DNA of 34,021 nucleotides, taken from NCBI GenBank assembly GCA_037441105.1, contig JBBISW010000005.1, positions 1 to 34,021 of the forward strand. The letters are read 5' to 3'. Below, piece after piece: positions 25,910 to 32,338 of the stretch. The DNA comes from Chloroflexota bacterium. Its GTDB lineage: Bacteria > Chloroflexota > Dehalococcoidia > GIF9 > UBA5629. Every line of letters begins with the position of its first letter. Position 1 is the stretch's first letter. The notes under the pieces were generated by a model. The model ran no database searches. It saw only the letters and a list, made by a program, of their open reading frames with translations, and was not told where the DNA came from. A program made the translations under genes and the position numbers.

Positions 25910-27094
25910 TTATTTCATCCTGGGCAAGCCCAAGCCGTACCAGGCAATAATATTCCTTTGTATTTCGTTCGTACCCATAGAGATGGTGGTGACGAAACAC
26001 TCCTGGTACATTTTCTCCCATTCCCCTTGCATGGGGGCCCAGCGGGATGAACTTACCTGGCCGTAGGGACCTAATATATCCGTTACTGTGAAGGCGAAAC
26101 GCTCGCCTAGCTCGCTGGAGAATATCTTCACTGCTGAAGCATCCATCAAAGCCATCTCATTTCTGTTCTGCAAATCAGCTACCCGGTATGCCAGAGCACG
26201 GGCTGCTTCTAGCTCGCAGGCTAGCTGAGCCACACGGTTGCGTATGACTGGGTCTTTTACCAAAGGCTGGCCGTTTCGCTTTGTCTCGTTACAGAATTTC
26301 ACCAATTCTTCTAGTGCGCGAACCAGGCCCATGATTTCACTCAGGCTGGACCTCTCGAAGCCGGCGAGGGTGTTAACCACTGCCCAGCCTTCGTTTTCCT
26401 GGCCCACAATGTTTTTTGCCGGGACATGGACATCATCAAAATAGACTTCACAAAACGGTGTACCCCTGTCCATGTACGGAATGGGCCTCACTGTAATTCC
26501 AGGCGTTTTCATATCGAGCAAAAGAAAGGAAAGGTTGTGGTGTTTCCGAGCGTTTGGGTCTGTCTTGAACACTCCAAATCCCCAGTCAGCGCGATGTGCC
26601 CCCGAGTTCCAGGTTTTCTGGCCATTAATAATGTATTCATCACCCTTCTTTATTGCGGTGGTGGACAGGATAGCCAGATCTGAGCCTGCATTTGGCTCAC
26701 TCCAAAGCTCACACCAGCTGACTTCGGCTTTGGCAATTGGTGGCAGAAACTCTTTCTTTATCTCCTCACTTGCGGCTTGCAAAAGGGTAGGGGCGAGCAT
26801 TTGCACTCCGAAGATGTCTACACCTGGGATTCCATGATATCCCCTTGCTTCGGCAAAGAGGACTCGGTCCATCATGGTTCTCGTGCCGCCATATTCAGCG
26901 GGCCAGGCGAGGGCAAGCCATCCTCTCTTGGCAAATTCCTTGGCACAGTGAAGGTGAAATTCCCAGCAGTCGTCATCGGCAAATACAGCCTCTATCCCCA
27001 CCAAACTGGGTGGCTTCTTCCTCTCTAGTTCTCTGCAGACGTCGAAGAACTCCTTTCTGCGTGCTTTTTGTTCATCGGTAAGCTCAAAATCCAT
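25910..27094 (-). CDS. Acyl-CoA dehydrogenase family protein, large subunit-like
   Basis: 394-aa paralog of 23306..24523 with an intact signature LWSEPNAGSDLAI. The C-terminal motif is SMGTNEI, lacking the canonical Glu. A Glu is present in LAGFERS. The RBS is TAGGAGG. Confidence 0.88.
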   Translation of the reverse strand: MDFELTDEQKARRKEFFDVCRELERKKPPSLVGIEAVFADDDCWEFHLHCAKEFAKRGWLALAWPAEYGGTRTMMDRVLFAEARGYHGIPGVDIFGVQMLAPTLLQAASEEIKKEFLPPIAKAEVSWCELWSEPNAGSDLAILSTTAIKKGDEYIINGQKTWNSGAHRADWGFGVFKTDPNARKHHNLSFLLLDMKTPGITVRPIPYMDRGTPFCEVYFDDVHVPAKNIVGQENEGWAVVNTLAGFERSSLSEIMGLVRALEELVKFCNETKRNGQPLVKDPVIRNRVAQLACELEAARALAYRVADLQNRNEMALMDASAVKIFSSELGERFAFTVTDILGPYGQVSSSRWAPMQGEWEKMYQECFVTTISMGTNEIQRNIIAWYGLGLPRMK

Positions 27095-27364
27095 CTATAC
27101 CTCCTATAGTTTTAAATTCCTATGGTAGCGCTGCCGACTGGAGATAGGTGGGTGATTGCCCAGTCGTTGCCACACGCCAGCTTAGGTTGCTACTTTACCA
27201 CTATTTGCCCTGCCTGCCACTCAGATTATCAACACACACTCGGCAGCATCTGCGCCCTGAAGTCGTGCCAATTTACTTTAGGAGAATCTCTCAACTGATT
27301 TCTACTCTTACACTCAGCATTATATTACAGAATTGCTGTTATTGCTATCTTGGCTGACGTAATT

Positions 27365-28192
27365 TTAGCGGTGCCTGATGTCTTCGATATGATAATGCAG
27401 GATACCAGCAGGTGCCTTAACCTCGACTTTTTGTCCCTTCATCCGGCCTAATAATGCTTGACCCATAGGCGAGGCGACAGAGATTTTGCCCTCTAGCAGG
27501 TTGGCTTCACTGGCATCAACTAACGTGTAGTTTACTTTTTCACCAGAAGCCATGTCCCGGAGTACCACCGTATCACCAAAGGTTATTTCATGGCCGCCGG
27601 CCTGCTGTTCATCCACCACTGTTGCCATTTTTAGGGTTGATTCCAGCTCTTTAATGCGTGCCTCCAACTGGCCTTGGTACTCTCGAGCTGCCTCTAGTGG
27701 AGCATTTTCGCGAAAGTCTTTATCAGCTGCTGCCTTCTGTAACTCTTCAGCTACTCGGGGCCGCTCGTTTTTGAGGGCGTCAAGCTCAGTCTCTAAATCC
27801 GCATAGCCTTGGCTGGTCAGCAAGACTTTCCTGCGGTAATATCGCTTCGAATGGGAAGCTGATTTGGCTGGAGACTTCTTAGTTTTGAGGTGGACAGCTA
27901 AGTTTGTTCTGGTTAAGCCCTGCTTGTAGGCATAGGCAAGGAAAGTTTTGATTGTCCCGAGCTTTTCAACTACTTCGGTGGTTGACGAAGTGATCTGCTC
28001 AGCATAATTAGCCACTTCCGGGATAGTAAGTCCGCTGAACGGACGTTTTTCTCCGTACCAGCGTACAAATTTATGTACTTCTTGTTGGGCTTTTAGTCTT
28101 TCTTCTGAGGGTAATGTTATGAGAAACTGTGTGGCAACCTGTCCTAGGCTGTAACTGTCTGGGGCTAAACTAGGCGTATTTTGCAAAGCCAT
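27365..28192 (-). CDS. GreA/GreB-family transcript cleavage factor with a roughly 125-aa N-terminal extension resembling an integrase SAM-like (core-binding) domain
   Basis: The C-terminal 150 aa contain the Gre coiled-coil tip DKDFRENAPLEAAREYQGQLEARIKELE (DxxENA retained) and a C-terminal domain ISVASPMGQALLGRMKGQKVEVKAPAG. The N-terminal part reads QFLITLPSEERLKAQQEVHKFVRWY...LGTIKTFLAYAYKQGLTRTNLAVHLK. A basic linker joins the two parts. Confidence 0.8.
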   Translation of the reverse strand: MALQNTPSLAPDSYSLGQVATQFLITLPSEERLKAQQEVHKFVRWYGEKRPFSGLTIPEVANYAEQITSSTTEVVEKLGTIKTFLAYAYKQGLTRTNLAVHLKTKKSPAKSASHSKRYYRRKVLLTSQGYADLETELDALKNERPRVAEELQKAAADKDFRENAPLEAAREYQGQLEARIKELESTLKMATVVDEQQAGGHEITFGDTVVLRDMASGEKVNYTLVDASEANLLEGKISVASPMGQALLGRMKGQKVEVKAPAGILHYHIEDIRHR

Positions 28193-28214
28193 CGTTTCGC
28201 TTTTAGTCTGGATA

Positions 28215-28244
28215 ATAATAGAACAGGCAGACGGGTGGTGTCAA
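28215..28244 (-). promoter_or_regulatory. Sigma70-type promoter for the GreA-like gene
   Basis: On the minus strand, a consensus TTGACA (28239..28244) is followed by 18 nt and TATTAT (28215..28220). The leader would be short (about 16 nt) and has no obvious SD. Confidence 0.5.
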
Positions 28245-28280
28245 ATATTGCCTAGATTGAAGCTGCTTTCTATATTTAGT

Positions 28281-29162
28281 TTATGGCAGGGCATAGCCGA
28301 TAAGCTTGTAAGCTAGCTTAGCTGTCAGGAAGGCACAAGAAGCAGGTCCCTGTGCGGGACAAAGCTCTACCAGGTCAAAGCCAACAATACGCTTATGCTG
28401 GGCTACTGATTTCAGCAAGATTAGAACTTCGTGCCATTGCATACCACCCGGTTCGGGAATGCCTACCGCTGACATGATTGAGGGGTCGAAGACATCCAGG
28501 TCAATAGATACGTAAACATTGTCACTCAGTGAAGTTACTATCTGCTCTGGTGAAGCTAAATCAGAGCTTGATGTGGAGATAGTAAAAGGATGCATCTTGT
28601 TTTGGTTCAGAAACTGCTGCTCCTCTTGGCTCAAGCTTCGTATTCCAACCTGTACAATCGGGCAAAGCTCAACTATGCGGCGCATAACGCAGGCATGGCT
28701 ATATTTAGTTCCTGAGTATTCATCACGGAGGTCAGCATGGGCATCAAGCTGCAAAACACAAAGAGCCTGATTTTCTTCATTAAGAGCTTTGACTATTCCC
28801 AGGCTCAGAGAATGCTCTCCTCCTAGCATTACGGTGAATTTATCCTGCCGGAGTAACTCTTTGGCTACCTGGTAGACTCGCTGAATCATCTCCTCGGGGC
28901 TGCTTAATACTGGTTTGATTTCAGGCAAGGTGTGAATCCCTACCTTATATATCTCCCGGCCGAGCTCAATGTCATATAATTCCAGATATTGTGAAGCATT
29001 GACGATGGCTTGTGGGCCTTCGCGGGTGCCACTGTGCCATTCGGTGGTGCTATCATAAGGGACTGGCAGAATAACAACTTTGGCGGTTTCAAAATCGGCA
29101 TAGGGGGATGCCAAGCCAGCGAAGTTTTGTGATGAGGAAAACAGGTCTTCTATGTTTTTCAT
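28281..29162 (-). CDS. speB: Agmatinase / ureohydrolase of the arginase family
   Basis: 293 aa with the Mn-binding motifs GGEHSLSLG, LDAHADL and SIDLDVFDPS. An ATGA overlap links it to the upstream speD-like gene. Confidence 0.88.
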   Translation of the reverse strand: MKNIEDLFSSSQNFAGLASPYADFETAKVVILPVPYDSTTEWHSGTREGPQAIVNASQYLELYDIELGREIYKVGIHTLPEIKPVLSSPEEMIQRVYQVAKELLRQDKFTVMLGGEHSLSLGIVKALNEENQALCVLQLDAHADLRDEYSGTKYSHACVMRRIVELCPIVQVGIRSLSQEEQQFLNQNKMHPFTISTSSSDLASPEQIVTSLSDNVYVSIDLDVFDPSIMSAVGIPEPGGMQWHEVLILLKSVAQHKRIVGFDLVELCPAQGPASCAFLTAKLAYKLIGYALP

Positions 29163-29557
29163 TTAACTAAACGGAGCTGAGATACATCTTCGGCTTCGGC
29201 AAGGTCTGTTGTGTTCCATTCTCTGTTGATCAGGCGACTTGATAGTCTGGTTAGTTGAAATTTCTCTTTGAAAAACTTAACCGCTTGCTCAGCATCGAAA
29301 TCCTTGCAGGAGAAGACGTCAATATTGACATAACAGCGTTCAACGAAGGTATGAATGCTGATGTGGCTTTCAGCGATGAAGACAAATCCAGAAAATCCCC
29401 AGTCTTCAGGATTATGCCCGATGTACCTTATTACAAGCGGCGCCGAAATTTTGGTCATTCCAATCTGAGCGGGATAGGAGTCTAAAAGTTGATAAAGAAA
29501 CTGCTCATCCTGAAGCAGATTTGAGTTGTTTCCATAGCCGTCGATAATCAGGTGCAT
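29159..29557 (-). CDS. speD: Class 1 pyruvoyl-dependent decarboxylase proenzyme of the S-adenosylmethionine decarboxylase family
   Basis: 132 aa with the self-processing motif FIAESHISIHTF (Glu-Ser cleavage site) and IDVFSC. Size and motifs match the small bacterial/archaeal SpeH/SpeD class. Substrate (SAM or arginine) cannot be decided from the sequence. Confidence 0.8.
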   Translation of the reverse strand: MHLIIDGYGNNSNLLQDEQFLYQLLDSYPAQIGMTKISAPLVIRYIGHNPEDWGFSGFVFIAESHISIHTFVERCYVNIDVFSCKDFDAEQAVKFFKEKFQLTRLSSRLINREWNTTDLAEAEDVSQLRLVK

Positions 29558-29565
29558 GGTTCCCC

Positions 29566-30789
29566 CTAAAGCAATGTTCTCCTTAACTCGAAAAGAGCTG
29601 AGGTGACCGCTCTTTGTTTTACTTGCTGGCGATTACCTGGGTAATTTCTTGTAAAGCTTTGACTACGCTGCCCATCGTCTATGCCAACAAAGATAGTGCC
29701 AACTGGTTTGCCTTCGATCTCCGCGGGTCCCATGACTCCCGTAAGGCCGACACCGATAGATGCTTTTAGCTTTTCTCTAGCCATTGCTGCCATGGTTTCA
29801 GCTACTTCAGCACTGATGAGACTGTATCGGGAAATGAACTGCGAATCCAATCCCAAAGCGGTTCTTGCTTCCTCGGTATAAGCAACTAATCCTCCCTTAA
29901 AATACCTGGAGCTTCTTGGGATATTAGTGATAATATGGGCTAGAAGGCCACCGGTGTATGATTCCATGGTTGCAATGCTTAGCCCTTTTGCCATAAGCAG
30001 GGCACCGACATTGCTCTCCAGGGTATCAGAATCTACCCCCCAGATGTAATCGTCTAGAATTGCCCTGATGTCAGCTTCCCGCTGAGTGATAAGCTGTTGC
30101 ACTTCACTTTCGGTATTAGCTTTGGCTGTAATGCGCAGGTAGATACCATCGCTCTTGGCGTATGTAGCCAGCGTCGGGTTTGTGGCTGAAAGAAATGGGC
30201 TTGCTTTCTCATCCACTTCGGCTTCAGTTAGGCCAAAGAGCTTGAGTGTCTTGGAGGCTATAACAGCACCTCCTACTTTTTGCTGTAGTCTGGGCAGTAT
30301 TTCTTTCGTCCACATCAGTTGCATCTCACGTGGTGGGCCAGGCATGGTGATAACTATTCGGTTATCTCGTTCAATCCACCAGCCGGGAGCTGTACCTCGA
30401 GGATTTTGGATTATTTCGGCCGATGGGATTATTGCTGCTTGCTTGATGTTGCTCGGTGGCATGGCTATTTTGTAATAGCTAAACAGTTCTTCAAACTTTT
30501 TGACCAGGTCTTGGTCAATTGTAATTTCCTCGCCAAGAAACTCAGCAATGGCCTCGCGGGTAACATCGTCTTGTGTCGGCCCAAGGCCTCCGGTGGTGAT
30601 GATGATGTCTGACCTTTGCCAGGCGTGGTGCAAGGTGTCAATCAGACGCTGTTGGTTATCACCGACTGTGGATATGAAGTGAAGGTCAAGCCCAAGTAAA
30701 GGGAGTTGACCGGCGAGATAAGCCGAGTTCGTGTCAGTTATCTCCCCTAAGAGGAGTTCGGTGCCAATAGAGATTATCTCCGCCTTCAT
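29566..30789 (-). CDS. cinA: CinA-family protein with an N-terminal MoCF-like domain and a C-terminal PncC-type nicotinamide-nucleotide amidase domain
   Basis: 407 aa. The N-terminus MKAEIISIGTELLLGEITDTNSAYL and the segment TTGGLGPTQDDVT are typical of CinA. The C-terminal part reads ESYTGGLLA...GVGLTGVMGP. Confidence 0.88.
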   Translation of the reverse strand: MKAEIISIGTELLLGEITDTNSAYLAGQLPLLGLDLHFISTVGDNQQRLIDTLHHAWQRSDIIITTGGLGPTQDDVTREAIAEFLGEEITIDQDLVKKFEELFSYYKIAMPPSNIKQAAIIPSAEIIQNPRGTAPGWWIERDNRIVITMPGPPREMQLMWTKEILPRLQQKVGGAVIASKTLKLFGLTEAEVDEKASPFLSATNPTLATYAKSDGIYLRITAKANTESEVQQLITQREADIRAILDDYIWGVDSDTLESNVGALLMAKGLSIATMESYTGGLLAHIITNIPRSSRYFKGGLVAYTEEARTALGLDSQFISRYSLISAEVAETMAAMAREKLKASIGVGLTGVMGPAEIEGKPVGTIFVGIDDGQRSQSFTRNYPGNRQQVKQRAVTSALFELRRTLL

Positions 30790-30810
30790 CTTGAGCCATG
30801 ATTTACAGAA

Positions 30811-32106
30811 TCAACATTTGATGGTTGAAATTCCCAGGTATTTCTCTACCAGTGCCATAGCACAGTAGTTGCCACACATACTGCAGGCTGGCCCGGTAGT
30901 AGCATATTTACTGTGAACCATCCGGACCTTTTCTGGGTCAAGAGACAGTTGAGCTTGCATTTCCCAATCAAGATTTTTTCTAGCAATAGACATCTTCCTG
31001 TCCCACTCGCTTGCTCTTTTGGTGCCTCTGACGATATCAGCGGCATGGGCGGCAATGCGTGATGCTATGATACCTATTTTTACATCTTCGATATCAGGGA
31101 GTGAAAGATGCTCTGCTGGTGTGACATAGCAGAGAAAGTCAGCCCCTGAGGCGGCGGCAATGGCACCACCTATGGCTGCAGTGATATGGTCGTAGCCAGC
31201 AGCAATATCAGTTACCAGCGGGCCTAGAACATAAAATGGAGCTTCACGGCAGAGTCTCTTTTCTAATTGGACGTTGGTGGCAATCTGGTCCAGAGGCAGA
31301 TGTCCCGGGCCCTCCACCATTGCTTGGATACCAGCTTCTCTGGCTTGCTCTACTAGCTCACCTAGAGTAATCAACTCTTCGACTTGAGCTCGGTCAGTGG
31401 CATCGGCGAGGCTACCTGGACGCATACCATCGCCTAAACTTAAAGTCACGTCAAATTTGCGGGCTATGTCTAACAAGCGGTTGAAATATTCGTAGAGCGG
31501 ATTTTCATGGTCATTGTGTAACATCCAACCCAGAAGGAAAGCGCCACCTCGGGAGACGACGTCAGTTAACCTTTGCTGACGTTTCAGCCGAGCGATAGCT
31601 GCTTGGGTAACGCCACAATGAACGGTCATAAAATCAACGCCATCATTGGCCTGCTGCTCAATCACAGCGAAGATTTCGTCGACGGTCATGTTTACAATCG
31701 CTCCGTGCTGTTCGATAGCTTCGATTCCTGCTTGATATATAGGCACGGTGCCGATAGGCAAAGTGCTGACGGCGATGATAGTTCGACGGATGGCTGATAT
31801 GTCACCGCCGGTACTTAAATCCATAACCGCATCAGCACCGAATTTGATAGCGATGTTTAGTTTCTGTAATTCGGTTTCTATAGTGCCATAATCTGATGAA
31901 GTGCCGATGTTAGCATTGATTTTGACACTTAGTTCTTTGCCGATGCCTTGGGGAAGCAGGTTGGCGTGATTAATGTTGGCTGGAATAACGATTTTGCCCT
32001 CAGCCACATATTTCAATATAGTTTCCTCGCTCACACCTTCCTGCTGAGCTACGTACTTCATTTGGGGTGATAGGACACCCTGCTTTGCCAATTCTATTTG
32101 TGTCAT
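30811..32106 (-). CDS. thiC: phosphomethylpyrimidine synthase
   Basis: ThiC-typical sequence throughout, including the C-terminal Fe-S motif CSMCGNYCA. The ORF track starts at a TTG at 32118, which abuts the riboswitch terminator T-tract. The ATG at 32106 ([10 protein letters not shown]) is the likelier start. Confidence 0.93.
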   Translation of the reverse strand: MTQIELAKQGVLSPQMKYVAQQEGVSEETILKYVAEGKIVIPANINHANLLPQGIGKELSVKINANIGTSSDYGTIETELQKLNIAIKFGADAVMDLSTGGDISAIRRTIIAVSTLPIGTVPIYQAGIEAIEQHGAIVNMTVDEIFAVIEQQANDGVDFMTVHCGVTQAAIARLKRQQRLTDVVSRGGAFLLGWMLHNDHENPLYEYFNRLLDIARKFDVTLSLGDGMRPGSLADATDRAQVEELITLGELVEQAREAGIQAMVEGPGHLPLDQIATNVQLEKRLCREAPFYVLGPLVTDIAAGYDHITAAIGGAIAAASGADFLCYVTPAEHLSLPDIEDVKIGIIASRIAAHAADIVRGTKRASEWDRKMSIARKNLDWEMQAQLSLDPEKVRMVHSKYATTGPACSMCGNYCAMALVEKYLGISTIKC

Positions 32107-32120
32107 TTTGTTTTCCAAAG

Positions 32121-32163
32121 AAAAAAACCAAGAGCTTTAGTAACCACTACTAAACCCTTGGTC
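32121..32163 (-). terminator. Intrinsic terminator forming the expression platform of the TPP riboswitch
   Basis: On the minus strand the RNA reads ACCAAGGGUUUAGUA-GUGG-UUACUAAAGCUCUUGGU followed by UUUUUUU. Confidence 0.7.
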
Positions 32164-32170
32164 TATTTTA

Positions 32171-32267
32171 CCGCTTCCCTACGCTTGAATTACCAAGGTC
32201 AGGTTCTAACGGTTCCCCGCTCTAGCAGAGTCTCAGCCTGGAGTATTTCTCCCGGCACCCATAGCGG
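32171..32267 (-). promoter_or_regulatory. TPP (THI-box) riboswitch aptamer
   Basis: On the minus strand the sequence reads CCGCUAUGGGUGCC...GGCUGAGA...GGGGAACC...GAACCUGACCUUGGUAAUUCAAGCGUAGGGAAGCGG. The conserved CUGAGA and ACCUGA..GCGUAGGGAA elements are present. The P1 stem pairs CCGCU with AGCGG. It lies upstream of thiC. Confidence 0.88.
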
Positions 32268-32286
32268 TTAACTAAAACCTGTATTC

Positions 32287-32316
32287 AATATAACATACAA
32301 TGGCATTAAGAAACAA
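32287..32316 (-). promoter_or_regulatory. Possible promoter for the TPP riboswitch and thiC
   Basis: On the minus strand, TTGTTT (32311..32316) is followed by 18 nt and TATATT (32287..32292). An extended -10 TG is present (TGtTATATT). Confidence 0.4.
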
Positions 32317-32318
32317 GT

Positions 32319-32338
32319 AAGGCAAAGGTACTTGCCTT
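32319..32338 (-). terminator. Weak hairpin after the surface-protein gene
   Basis: On the minus strand the RNA reads AAGGCAA-GUACCU-UUGCCUU directly after the stop at 32339..32341. It is followed by an interrupted U tract (ACUUGUUUCUU). Confidence 0.3.

Noticed and set aside
27148-27357. 69-aa plus-strand ORF in the ACAD / GreA-like intergenic region
   Set aside because: It has a GTG start, no SD and a Leu/Cys/His-rich improbable sequence. Its strand is opposite to every neighbouring gene. It is more likely non-coding leader DNA.
27820-28192. The integrase-like N-terminal domain as evidence for a mobile element or site-specific recombinase
   Set aside because: Only the SAM-like core-binding region is present. 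No catalytic domain with the R..HxxR..Y residues follows, because the rest of the protein is a GreA fold. No att-like repeats or other mobile-element genes are adjacent.
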